The position numbers were made by a program, and so were the translations under genes. From Candidatus Saccharimonadota bacterium (GTDB lineage: Bacteria > Patescibacteriota > Saccharimonadia > Saccharimonadales > UBA4665): a stretch of DNA of 64,000 bases. Every line of letters starts with the position of its first letter. The stretch's first letter is position 1. The notes under the pieces are model-generated. The model had not been told where the DNA came from. It did not search any database and worked only from the letters and a program-made list of their open reading frames with translations. The DNA is taken from the NCBI GenBank assembly GCA_039931245.1, contig JBDTSH010000014.1, forward strand, positions 258-64,257, read 5' to 3'. Positions 37,601 through 45,186 of the stretch are shown here, piece after piece.

Positions 37601-38311
37601 CTTCTCGGCTTGTACCTCAGCCAGCACCCCCTGGAACTGTTTGAGACATTCCTGTCCGAGCAGACGGTGCCGCTCAGTAGCTTGAAGCCCCCGCACGACG
37701 GGAAGGCCGTCACGGTCGGCGGGGCGATTGTCGATGTTCGCGAAATACTTACCAAAAAAGGTCAAAAAATGGCCTTCGTGAAGATTGAGGACCGGTCGGG
37801 TGAGATGGAGGCTATTTTATTCCCCAATGCCTACCAGCAAACTCTCGGCCTGTGGCAGCGTGACCGCATCGTGTTGATCCGCGGCAAAGTCAACGCCCGG
37901 GATCGCGAAGGCAAGCAGTCCAGCGACGTGAAGATTATGATTGATGACGCCCGGGAGGTCACCAGCCAACAAGCCGCCTCCTACCAAGCCACCGGTCACA
38001 AGCCGCGCGAACTAAAGGCGACGGCTAAGTCTAAGAAAATTCCCATGGTCGGTCCGGGCGCCAAAGCCGTCGTCGAACAGAGCGTCCGCGATCGGTTGTT
38101 TATCCGGGTGGCCGATAGTCGGGACCAGACGCTGCTGCTGACGCTCAAGCAGACGCTCGATGCCTTTGAGGGCAGTACGGAAGTTGTCTTAGTACTCGGT
38201 AGCGCCGACAAGCGCCAAGCCATCAAACTACCGAACGGCTTTGACCGAGACAGCGCCGGACTGGCTCAATTGCAACAGTTGGTGGGTGACGCCAACGTCA
38301 AGATTCATTAG
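34670..38311 (+). CDS. dnaE: DNA polymerase III alpha subunit
   Basis: PHP domain FVHLHNHTQYSLLDG, polymerase core (MPDVDIDI, GRMAARNA.RDV), OB fold near the C-terminus. GTG start. Confidence 0.95.
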   Translation: MASTTPALTAADYVHLHNHTQYSLLDGLTKVPALVEHIKASGMPAVAVTDHGTLSGIIEFYKVAHAQGVKPILGMEAYVAPRARTDRDPSKDKAYYHLVILAMNNQGYQNLMRLSSMANLEGFYYKPRIDHEILAQYNEGLIILSGCIGGEIGDSLRNEQYDQAKATATWYKKIFGDRYYLEVQDHGHPDHPSKWDEQVAVTKLTLQLARELDIPCVVTCDAHYLEHKDQIAHEILLCVQTGAFLSDEKRMSLSQFELHVTDPAEIIARWGTDYPDMITNTRDIASRCDVTIELGRILIPKFPVPQGENEKTYLDKLVYRGLAWRYGNLSEAAANELSIEQAKTHLPANVATRTTYELGIIDQMGFNGYFLIVSDFIGWGKNEGIVFGPGRGSAAGSIIAYALKITELDPLKYDLLFERFLNPDRISMPDVDIDIQDTRRNEVIQYCVQKYGTERVANIATFGRMAARNAVRDVARVLQVPYADADRLAKMIPQPVQGHHIPLANSLQDDHDLKREYETNEISKKVFDLALQLEGTIRSHGIHAAGVVIAPDDIVKFVPLEMAQKGVVATQFPMGPIEELGLLKMDFLGLSNLTIIKNALRIIKRVYDTDIDINTIPLDDAATYALFQRGDTTGVFQLESAGMKRYLRDLKPTTFEDIVAMVALYRPGPMQFIDEFIGRKHGEKRIIYPHPSMENSLKNTYGVLVYQEQVMQISKEVCGLTGGEADTLRKAISKKKIDIMRKMKVRMIEGAKRVSGIEPDVMEKFWKQLEDFAAYCFNKSHAACYGLISYQTAYLKAHYPAAYMAALMTSDYDDTDRLAIEITECKHMGITVLPPDVNESYLEFAVVPESNQIRFGMLAIKNVGSGAVEEILRARAASQFSSLEDFLTRVNYRVVNRKAMESLIKSGAFDRYTDRSTLLHNLDTVMAFANRVQKQASSGQTDLFGNSTDLSAERPKLELPPPAAATDIHEQLVWERELLGLYLSQHPLELFETFLSEQTVPLSSLKPPHDGKAVTVGGAIVDVREILTKKGQKMAFVKIEDRSGEMEAILFPNAYQQTLGLWQRDRIVLIRGKVNARDREGKQSSDVKIMIDDAREVTSQQAASYQATGHKPRELKATAKSKKIPMVGPGAKAVVEQSVRDRLFIRVADSRDQTLLLTLKQTLDAFEGSTEVVLVLGSADKRQAIKLPNGFDRDSAGLAQLQQLVGDANVKIH

Positions 38312-38314
38312 CGC

Positions 38315-39262
38315 TTAGCGAATTAAGCCGCTGGTCCGCGTCAGGACAAATCCGAGAGTGGCAATCAGCACCACGACGATGTCGAATACTGGGTGGTGAA
38401 AGAAGAACAGCTCGCCGCGAGTGATTAAGCGGTGCAGGCGGACGCCATGGTGGACGATGAAAATGAGGATCGCCAGGCCCATTAGTATGGAAATCGCCAA
38501 TAGGCTCCAGGGGGCATGGCCTTTGGTCAGGAGTTGGACGCGCGAGACGAGGCGGCTGTTAGTCTCTTGGTGGGCGCCGAGAACGCCGTTCGGACCGCCC
38601 TGGCTACCTTGACTGGTGCTGCTGGCCGTCTGGCTGGGCGGGACTCTAAAACTGATGCTGGCCGCCGTGTCACCGGCCGGCTGGCCGTACATTGCCACCA
38701 CGATAGTCTGCGGACCGTGACCCTGGTAATGAGCTGAATTGGCGACGCCGAAGCCGACGTTTTGATAGCTGGTGTTGAGAATATTGGCGCGGTGTTCGGG
38801 GCTGTTCATCCAGCCGTCGATTGTTTGGTCGGCCCCATTGAAACCGTACGCCAGGTTCTCGCCGGCGCGCTGGTAGCTATAGCCGCTGGCGGCGATAAAG
38901 GTCCAGGGGGTTTTACCGAGCGGGGAAGTGTGTGACCAATAGTCATGGCTGACCATATCTTCGGCTTTGGCTTGGGCAGCGCTCGTCAGTAACGGGTCAA
39001 TCGTCAGTTGGCTTTCATGATCGGCTGTGCGCGCCAGATTAGTACTGGCTAAAAAGCTGCTATCGCTAAAATCGCTGGTGGCCCCCAGAACGGCGCTGGC
39101 TGTCCAGATACTATTGACGACCAGGCCGAGCCCGACAATCGCCAACATCGGGATATACGGCCAATAGGCTTTCAAATAATGTTTACTTTGGCGGTGGTGC
39201 TGGCCGCTGCGCTTCTTATGAGTGGCCGATACTTTTGGTTTGATTTTGGTGGCTTGTTTCAT
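38315..39262 (-). CDS. CAP/SCP/PR-1 domain protein with an N-terminal anchor and C-terminal TM helices
   Basis: CAP-type blocks (AEDMVSHDYWSHTSP, GENLAYGF, WMNSPEHRANIL) flanked by hydrophobic helices. Confidence 0.8.
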   Translation of the reverse strand: MKQATKIKPKVSATHKKRSGQHHRQSKHYLKAYWPYIPMLAIVGLGLVVNSIWTASAVLGATSDFSDSSFLASTNLARTADHESQLTIDPLLTSAAQAKAEDMVSHDYWSHTSPLGKTPWTFIAASGYSYQRAGENLAYGFNGADQTIDGWMNSPEHRANILNTSYQNVGFGVANSAHYQGHGPQTIVVAMYGQPAGDTAASISFRVPPSQTASSTSQGSQGGPNGVLGAHQETNSRLVSRVQLLTKGHAPWSLLAISILMGLAILIFIVHHGVRLHRLITRGELFFFHHPVFDIVVVLIATLGFVLTRTSGLIR

Positions 39263-39462
39263 AGAGTACTAGTTTTTTGTTTTCGCTAATTTAGTTCATT
39301 GTATCATAAGCAGGATAGCTGGCGTATCAGACCGCGGTATTATGGATTGAGCGCGAATAATAGCGGGCGCTAAATCGTTGTAATATCAGACGTAGGTGAG
39401 CTTGTCAACTTCGGTGGAAAGTCGCTCTTACCGCTTTCGCTGGCCGAAATTCTAAAAAGTGA

Positions 39463-39492
39463 TTGACAGGGTTCATGAGCGGCTGCCATAAT
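39463..39492 (+). promoter_or_regulatory. Sigma-70-type promoter TTGACA-18nt-CATAAT for the secreted-protein gene
   Basis: Consensus TTGACA at 39463-39468 and CATAAT at 39487-39492. Confidence 0.5.
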
Positions 39493-39544
39493 AACCGTCG
39501 AAGCTATATAAAAACATAAATACATAAAAAAAAGGTACGCCAAA

Positions 39545-40621
39545 ATGACTTCGAACCAAATGATCAAAATAAAGCCATTACCGCTCCTCTTAGCGGTGGC
39601 CCTGGTGTTGCTCGGCTCCTCTTCGTTATTACTGCTCGGTCACGCTGGGGCAGTACCGACCCAGGCCATTGTTCGTTTTGACACCCTGAAGGCGACGACG
39701 GCGACCGGCGGACGCGTTTGTTACAAGCCGTTAGCCGTCGGTACTGAAACTTCCGTCAAAGTTACCTTTCCCACGACAGCCGCCACTGACTACGTCGTCA
39801 ACGCCACGGCTACTAACTGGACTACGACTGTTACTAACCTTGACGCCGGCCAGACCGCCTGGCCCGGTATCGGTACGGCCTCACTTGTCGCCGGTAAAGC
39901 AGTCACTTTCCCGAGCTCTGACTTAACCGTCGGTACCCTCTACTGTTTTAACTTTGCCGCCGCCAGTACGTTGACCACCAGTAGCGCCGGGGCCTCGGAA
40001 ACGACGCAGGGTACCGTCATTACCCAAGCAGCCGGTCCTACCACCATTGATACATCAACCTACTCTGAGTCAATTATTTCCAACGATCAGGTTGTCGTCT
40101 CGGCCATCGTCCCGCCGTCGTTCGTCTTCGTCCTCAGCGGGAACACCGACGCCTTTGCGTCGAACCTGAGTACCGCTTCTGTCATTGCGACGGCCGGTCG
40201 CACCGTCACGGTGACGACCAACGCTGCCTCCGGTTGGATTGTTTGGGCGAAAGACCTCAACAGCAAGTCCGGTAGTGGCGCCCTCCAGTCGGCGACCGCT
40301 GGTAACTATCAAATCGGTGGGGTGGCCCCGGGCAGTGCGTCCCGCGTGCCGAGTGTCGGCACCGAAGACTATGGTCTGGACGTCGCGGTAACTGACGCCG
40401 CACTTGGCGGAACCGCCGTGGTCGACTCCTTCTATGACGGAGCCGTCGGGACCAAGATCGGTACCCCTGATCCGACCCGTTTCCGTCCCATCGCGTCGGC
40501 CAACGGCACCGCCAACGGTGACATCGTGACCGTCAAAGAGCGGGCCACGATCGCCGGGCAAACTCCGGCCGCCAACGACTACACTGATACGCTGACTCTC
40601 GTCGGCGCCGGGATATTCTAG
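39545..40621 (+). CDS. Secreted Thr/Ala/Gly/Val-rich protein (probable cell-surface or extracellular beta-rich protein)
   Basis: Sec-type signal peptide (LPLLLAVALVLLGSSSLLLLGHAGA|V) and a low-charge T/A/V/G-rich mature region. No pilin-type G|FTLIE leader. Confidence 0.6.
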   Translation: MTSNQMIKIKPLPLLLAVALVLLGSSSLLLLGHAGAVPTQAIVRFDTLKATTATGGRVCYKPLAVGTETSVKVTFPTTAATDYVVNATATNWTTTVTNLDAGQTAWPGIGTASLVAGKAVTFPSSDLTVGTLYCFNFAAASTLTTSSAGASETTQGTVITQAAGPTTIDTSTYSESIISNDQVVVSAIVPPSFVFVLSGNTDAFASNLSTASVIATAGRTVTVTTNAASGWIVWAKDLNSKSGSGALQSATAGNYQIGGVAPGSASRVPSVGTEDYGLDVAVTDAALGGTAVVDSFYDGAVGTKIGTPDPTRFRPIASANGTANGDIVTVKERATIAGQTPAANDYTDTLTLVGAGIF

Positions 40622-40654
40622 AACTAATCGCTGAGCGTACAGTCAGTACTTGCG

Positions 40655-40680
40655 AAAAAGGCCAACAGTGTTGGCCTTTT
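40655..40680. terminator. Bidirectional intrinsic terminator between convergent genes
   Basis: AAAAA-GGCCAAC-AGT-GTTGGCC-TTTT, a perfect 7-bp GC-rich stem flanked by an A-run and a T-run. Confidence 0.6.
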
Positions 40681-40723
40681 CTCGTGCTGAGTGTATGAAT
40701 TTTAACGGGTGCGCTCACTAACT

Positions 40724-41224
40724 CTAGACGGCGCGGAAGGTGACATGATACAAGCCCATTGCGGCGGCTTGGACGACGTTAAAAGACTCCTTTGTTCCAA
40801 ACATTGGTATTTCCAGTACCTCGTCGCAGTCGGCCAGTATTTCCGGTTCAATCCCTTCGACTTCTCGGCCGACAAGCAGCACCAGTTTCGGTGGCGCCTG
40901 GAAGTCGGGCAAGGGGGTGGCGCCAGGGGCCTGTTCGATAGCCGCTACCCAGAAGCCGGCACCCCGGAATCGCCCCAGCGTCGGCCCGATGTCGCTAACG
41001 TGCGACCATTTTTGGCTATGTTCAGCCCCTAAGGCGGTTTTAGCTATCTGGCGATCTATTTTTTGGGCGAGGTGGGGCAGCCGATCATCATTGGCCAGCA
41101 ACGGGTACGGCGTATAACCGCTCAGGATGACCTGACTGACGCCCAAACCCTCGGCCGTCCGGAGCAAGGAGCCAACGTTATGCGCGCTGCGCAGGTTGTG
41201 GGCAATTAAAACTATTTCTGACAT
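40724..41224 (-). CDS. SpoU/TrmH-family RNA 2'-O-methyltransferase
   Basis: NLRSAHNVGSLLRTAEGLGV and a C-terminal SpoU knot region (IPMFG..ESFNVVQAAAMGLY). ATG 41224 is preferred because TATAGT (minus strand, 41231-41236) lies 6 nt upstream. Confidence 0.8.
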   Translation of the reverse strand: MSEIVLIAHNLRSAHNVGSLLRTAEGLGVSQVILSGYTPYPLLANDDRLPHLAQKIDRQIAKTALGAEHSQKWSHVSDIGPTLGRFRGAGFWVAAIEQAPGATPLPDFQAPPKLVLLVGREVEGIEPEILADCDEVLEIPMFGTKESFNVVQAAAMGLYHVTFRAV

Positions 41225-41258
41225 ACGATAACTATATCGCATCACGTCGCTTATGCTT

Positions 41259-41264
41259 TATACT
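41259..41264 (+). promoter_or_regulatory. -10 box TATACT, 7 nt before the pilB ATG (leaderless geometry)
   Basis: TATACT at 41259-41264, ATG at 41272, no Shine-Dalgarno. Confidence 0.4.
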
Positions 41265-41271
41265 GAAACCT

Positions 41272-42879
41272 ATGAGTCAGAATGCCCGTGTCGATGAAGA
41301 GCAAGCCACCCAGCGCCGGGCGCGGGTAATTGGGATGAATTATGTCGATACGTCTACTCTTCCCAGTATGCCACTCTTTAAAGACGTTCTCGCCACCACC
41401 GACCTAGCCCAGTACCGGATTATTCCCTTGCAGGTCGACGAACATAACATTTTGTTTGGTGTCACGACGACGACCTCCCAGCAGACCATGACGGGTTTGC
41501 GCCAGCGCTTCCAGGATCAACGAACGAGCTTCGCTATTATCTCTGACGCCGGCTACCGCGACTACATGAAGCTGTACGACCCGCCCAAGCAAGTCGTCTA
41601 CCGGGACATTGCCCTCAACGCCGCCGGCAGTGCCCAAACCATCGAGCAAATATCGACTATTTTGCAACAAGTGCGGGCCGATGACATGCTGGCCTACCTC
41701 GTCCAACAAGCTCACCGCCTCAATGCCTCCGATATTCACCTGGAAACCCAGGTGAATGATATTCGGATCCGCTTACGGATAGACGGGGTTCTCCACCCGA
41801 TCGCCCGCATACTAAAAGATAAGTACCGGGTGCTGATCGCCGCCATTGCTAGCGCCGGCAACGTCTCGACTTCGGCCAACGAAGCCCAGCAAGGCCACAT
41901 TGCCCAAAAGGTCAAGATGGCCGACGATTCGACCGTCGACGTCAATGTGCGTTTGGAAACGGTCCCGACGATTAACGGCATGGACGTCGTGATGCGCCTG
42001 TTTAATATGGACGAGAGCATGTACACCCTCGATCGGCTGGGCCTGAGTGCCAGTGAGCGGGCCGTCGTCGACGATGTCGTCACGAAACCCAGCGGGCTAG
42101 TCATGATCGTCGGACCAACTGGTTCTGGTAAGACGACCACGCTCTATTCGATGCTTAATTCACTCAATAATGATGAGCGCAAAATTATCACCATTGAGGA
42201 CCCGGTGGAATACCAGTTCGAAGGCATTACCCAAATATCGGTGACTAGCTCGGTGAGCGGCCAAGATACTAGTTTCGCCGATAAGCTGCGGGCGGTACTG
42301 CGCTTGGACCCCGACATCATTATGGTCGGCGAAATCCGCGATATGGATACCGCTAAAACCGCTCTCCAGGCCGCCCTGACCGGGCACTTGGTGTTGTGTA
42401 CTTTTCACGCCAGTTCGGCGGCCGCCGCCCTGACGCGCCTCAGCGATGTCATTCAACAGAACCCCCTCTACGTCTCGGCCATTAGGCTGGTCATGGCCCA
42501 GCGCCTGATTCGAAAGCTTGATGACAGTTGCAAGCAACCCTACCAGCCAACTGAAGCGCAATGGCATAAGATTAATGATATCGTCAACACTTTCCCCGCC
42601 GATATGAAGCGGCCGAACCTCGAGAACTTACAGTTGAGCCAACCGGGAAGTTCGCCCGAAAATCCCTATGGTTTCAAAGGCCAACTGGCTATTCGCGAAC
42701 AATTCACTCTGAGCGATAAATTACGGCAACTACTGGAGCACGGTGGGGCGTCTTTATCCACCCAGGAAATTGAGGCCGCCGCCAGCGCCAGCGGTATGCG
42801 GACCATGCTCCAGGACGCCATCGTGAAGGTTGTCGCCGGGGAAACCACCTTAGAAGAAGTCTTCCGCGTCGTCGGCTAA
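41272..42879 (+). CDS. pilB: GspE/PilB-family secretion/type IV pilus assembly ATPase
   Basis: N-terminal GSPII_E_N-like region, Walker A GPTGSGKTTT, Asp box, Walker B IIMVGEIRD, His box. Confidence 0.85.
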   Translation: MSQNARVDEEQATQRRARVIGMNYVDTSTLPSMPLFKDVLATTDLAQYRIIPLQVDEHNILFGVTTTTSQQTMTGLRQRFQDQRTSFAIISDAGYRDYMKLYDPPKQVVYRDIALNAAGSAQTIEQISTILQQVRADDMLAYLVQQAHRLNASDIHLETQVNDIRIRLRIDGVLHPIARILKDKYRVLIAAIASAGNVSTSANEAQQGHIAQKVKMADDSTVDVNVRLETVPTINGMDVVMRLFNMDESMYTLDRLGLSASERAVVDDVVTKPSGLVMIVGPTGSGKTTTLYSMLNSLNNDERKIITIEDPVEYQFEGITQISVTSSVSGQDTSFADKLRAVLRLDPDIIMVGEIRDMDTAKTALQAALTGHLVLCTFHASSAAAALTRLSDVIQQNPLYVSAIRLVMAQRLIRKLDDSCKQPYQPTEAQWHKINDIVNTFPADMKRPNLENLQLSQPGSSPENPYGFKGQLAIREQFTLSDKLRQLLEHGGASLSTQEIEAAASASGMRTMLQDAIVKVVAGETTLEEVFRVVG

Positions 42880-42884
42880 ATAAA

Positions 42885-42893
42885 TGTTAAAAT
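42885..42893 (+). promoter_or_regulatory. Extended -10 element TGtTAAAAT, 9 nt before the first WhiB-like gene
   Basis: TGTTAAAAT at 42885-42893, ATG at 42903. Confidence 0.4.
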
Positions 42894-42902
42894 AGTAAGT
42901 CT

Positions 42903-43229
42903 ATGAATATAGAACAACTCGGCGGCGCTGCCCGTGACGGTGTGCCGGTAATGACCCGTCAAGAGGCGGTCAATGGCCTGCGGGCGGGAATTCCCTGGCA
43001 GTCTTTGGCGGCCTGCGTGCTCGAGCGGGTTGACCCTCTGATATTTGAGAAAGATCTGAAGTCGGCGGCGGCCGTCTGCGGGCGGTGCGTAGTTAAAAAA
43101 GAATGCCTGACGGACGCTCTGAGGCTGAAAGCGGTCCATGTCTTTCGGGCCGGTTTGACGAGCGACGAACTGCTGTCGGCCGCCCGTCGCTCGGGCCCAC
43201 GTCTACTGGCCGACCAGCAAGCCAGCTAA
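42903..43229 (+). CDS. WhiB-like (Wbl) Fe-S cluster transcriptional regulator, divergent
   Basis: Cys pattern C38-X20-C59-X2-C62-X5-C68 (AVCGRCVVKKEC). FRAGLT sits where Wbl proteins carry the G[V/I]WGG turn. Confidence 0.7.
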   Translation: MNIEQLGGAARDGVPVMTRQEAVNGLRAGIPWQSLAACVLERVDPLIFEKDLKSAAAVCGRCVVKKECLTDALRLKAVHVFRAGLTSDELLSAARRSGPRLLADQQAS

Positions 43230-43279
43230 ATAAGTGGGGCTGGACCGTCCTAACGGTGCTAGGCGATATGGTAAATAGG

Positions 43280-43288
43280 TGTTATAGT
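43280..43288 (+). promoter_or_regulatory. Extended -10 element TGtTATAGT, 9 nt before the second WhiB-like gene
   Basis: TGTTATAGT at 43280-43288, ATG at 43298. Same geometry as the first paralog. Confidence 0.4.
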
Positions 43289-43297
43289 ATTTATATT

Positions 43298-43648
43298 ATG
43301 AGAGCGGAACAACAAATGAGTACGGCGGCTAACTCGGAAATTAGTCGTCCCGCCGCCGTTCAAGCGATGCGGGAGGGCGTCCACTGGGGGTCCCTGGCGG
43401 CTTGCGCCGAGCCGGAAGTTAGCCCCGAAATATTTGAGTTAGCCGGTGAGAAGTCAAAGCTCGGCAGGGAATGTCTGGAGCTGGCTCGGGCGGTCTGTGG
43501 CCGCTGCGTCGTTATTGAAGAGTGTCTCGCCGAGACGATGGCGTTCAAAGATTTCAGTCTTTTTCGGGCCGGATTGACGGATGTTGAACTCCAGACACTG
43601 GCACGTCGAAATGCCCGCAAAGCAGCCAGTAATCGACGCGCCGGCTAA
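43298..43648 (+). CDS. WhiB-like (Wbl) Fe-S cluster transcriptional regulator, paralog of 42903..43229
   Basis: W.SLAAC, AVCGRCVVIEEC (C-X2-C-X5-C), LFRAGLT, and a basic tail ARRNARKAASNRR. The ORF-track N-terminal extension back to 43103 overlaps the upstream gene and is rejected. Confidence 0.7.
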   Translation: MRAEQQMSTAANSEISRPAAVQAMREGVHWGSLAACAEPEVSPEIFELAGEKSKLGRECLELARAVCGRCVVIEECLAETMAFKDFSLFRAGLTDVELQTLARRNARKAASNRRAG

Positions 43649-43717
43649 AATCGCTCGTCTGATTTGTGGGCCACCCCTTGCGCTGTCGGTAATTATCAGG
43701 TAGAATTGACCGAGATT

Positions 43718-44158
43718 ATGCAAAGTGTGATACAACAAATCGAAGCCAAATACTTAAAACCTGCCGTCGTGAACGTCCGGTCAGGTGATACCGTTAAAGT
43801 CCACCAGAAAATTCGGGAAGGCGCCAAAGAGCGGATCCAGATTTTCCAGGGGCTCGTTATTCGGACCGACCAAAAAGGCAGCCACTTGAGCCGTATCACC
43901 GTTCGCCGCATCGCCAGTGGCGTCGGCGTCGAGAAGAGTTTTTTGCTCCACAGCCCGTTAGTTGTTGCTGTTGAAATCACCAAGCGCAGCAAGGTGCGCC
44001 GTAACTTCTTGACCTATATGCGTGAGCGCACTGGCAAGGCCGCCCGCTTAACAGGCATCGACTTTGACCGTGAAGCCGTCAACGCCCTACCTGAAGTCGA
44101 AGCCGTCGCTGCCGCCGAAGCCGAAGTTGAAGCGAGCACTGAGGCCGAGACAGAATAA
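43718..44158 (+). CDS. rplS: 50S ribosomal protein L19 with a C-terminal Ala/Glu-rich extension
   Basis: VRSGDTVKVHQKIREG.KERIQ.FQG.VI, RRIASGVGVEK.F.LHSP. TAGAAT lies 11 nt upstream of ATG 43718. Confidence 0.95.
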   Translation: MQSVIQQIEAKYLKPAVVNVRSGDTVKVHQKIREGAKERIQIFQGLVIRTDQKGSHLSRITVRRIASGVGVEKSFLLHSPLVVAVEITKRSKVRRNFLTYMRERTGKAARLTGIDFDREAVNALPEVEAVAAAEAEVEASTEAETE

Positions 44159-44182
44159 ATCACGAACCCATGAAATGGACAA

Positions 44183-44211
44183 AGCCCCTCACTGCGAGGG
44201 GCTTCTTTTTT
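44183..44211 (+). terminator. Intrinsic terminator after rplS
   Basis: AGCCCCTC-ACTGC-GAGGGGCT, a perfect 8-bp stem followed by TCTTTTTT. Confidence 0.8.
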
Positions 44212-44219
44212 GCTACAAT
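44211..44219 (+). promoter_or_regulatory. Extended -10 element TGcTACAAT, 6 nt before the rnhB ATG (leaderless geometry)
   Basis: TGCTACAAT at 44211-44219, ATG at 44226. It shares the 10-mer TTGCTACAAT with the uvrB promoter. Confidence 0.45.
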
Positions 44220-44225
44220 GCCTAC

Positions 44226-44828
44226 ATGATAGTTGTCGGGATTGATGAAGTCGGCCGGGGCTGCTGGGCCGGACCGCTCGTGGCCGGGGCGGTTATTTTA
44301 GGCCAGCCGATTAAAGGTTTGCGTGATTCCAAAAAACTAAGCCGGTCCCGGCGGGAAGAACTAGCCGTCCAGATTGAATTCGAGGCTGTCGCCATCGGCC
44401 TCGGCTGGGTTGATCCGGCGACGATTGACTCGATTGGCCTGACGGCCGCCGTTGGCTTGGCCATGGAGCGGGCCGTCGCCCAGATTAGGGTGGACTACGA
44501 CGAAATCATTATCGATGGGTCCTATAATTTTCTCGCCCACCGCCAAAGTGCCAAGGGTCCAAAGATTACTACCCTCGTCCGAGCCGATGACCTTATCCCG
44601 GCGGTCAGTGCCGCCAGTATTATGGCAAAAGTCGCCCGCGACAACTATATGTATCAAGCGGCCCTCCAGTACCCGGGCTATGGATTCGAACGGCACGTCG
44701 GCTACGGCACGGCGCTCCATAGCGCCCAACTCAAATTGCAGGGCGTGACGCCAGAACACCGCCTAAGTTATAAGCCGATAATAACTATAGTGGCGGGCGC
44801 GGCGGGACGCGCTACAATAATCGGATGA
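44226..44828 (+). CDS. rnhB: Ribonuclease HII
   Basis: GIDEVGRGCWAGPLVAGAV, DSKKLS, ASI.AKV.RD blocks. Confidence 0.9.
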   Translation: MIVVGIDEVGRGCWAGPLVAGAVILGQPIKGLRDSKKLSRSRREELAVQIEFEAVAIGLGWVDPATIDSIGLTAAVGLAMERAVAQIRVDYDEIIIDGSYNFLAHRQSAKGPKITTLVRADDLIPAVSAASIMAKVARDNYMYQAALQYPGYGFERHVGYGTALHSAQLKLQGVTPEHRLSYKPIITIVAGAAGRATIIG

Positions 44829-45169
44829 GAACTACCGAAACCACTCGCCGGGCTGAGGCCGCCGCCACGTCGTACCTCGAGATGCGTGGTTTTAACGTGG
44901 TCGAACAGAACTTTCGCCGCCCGCACTGCGCCATTGATATCGTCGCCACAAAAGATGATGTCGCCTTCCTCATCGATGTGACCTACCAACGGAATGACAG
45001 TCAGACCGAGGCCTTGGACTTTATGACTGATAGTCAACTGCGCCAGCGGCGTGACGCCGCCGCCACTTGGGCCGATGAAAACAAATGGCTCCGGCAGTGT
45101 CGCTGGTCGGTTATCGAAGTTGTCGGTAAAGATTTTGTGATCATGCACTTTATTGAAAACGTTATGTAG
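44825..45169 (+). CDS. yraN: YraN family (UPF0102) endonuclease-like protein
   Basis: G...E..A..YL...G...V..N.R....EIDIVA pattern (SYLEMRGFNVVEQNFRRPHCAIDIVA). ATGA overlap with rnhB. Confidence 0.85.
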   Translation: MRTTETTRRAEAAATSYLEMRGFNVVEQNFRRPHCAIDIVATKDDVAFLIDVTYQRNDSQTEALDFMTDSQLRQRRDAAATWADENKWLRQCRWSVIEVVGKDFVIMHFIENVM

Positions 45170-45186
45170 CTAGTCGCGCGCTCGGC

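Noticed and set aside
39370-39567. 65-aa minus-strand ORF in the CAP/secreted-protein intergenic region.
   Set aside because: It is AT-rich with atypical composition, and it overlaps the strong plus-strand promoter and the start of the secreted-protein gene. No Shine-Dalgarno or promoter is evident.
43103-43297. Long N-terminal extensions in the ORF track: 43103 for the second WhiB-like gene, 43664 for rplS, 44064 for rnhB, 16245, 18361, 20555, 63262, 15851 and 22903.
   Set aside because: The extensions overlap the preceding genes or lack initiation signals. Internal starts coincide with promoter or Shine-Dalgarno elements and with the conserved N-termini of the families.
44074-44158. Ala/Glu-rich C-terminal tail on ribosomal protein L19 (EAVAAAEAEVEASTEAETE).
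   Set aside because: It is real in the sequence, but low-complexity tails on ribosomal proteins are common lineage-specific decorations. Nothing further can be inferred from this window.
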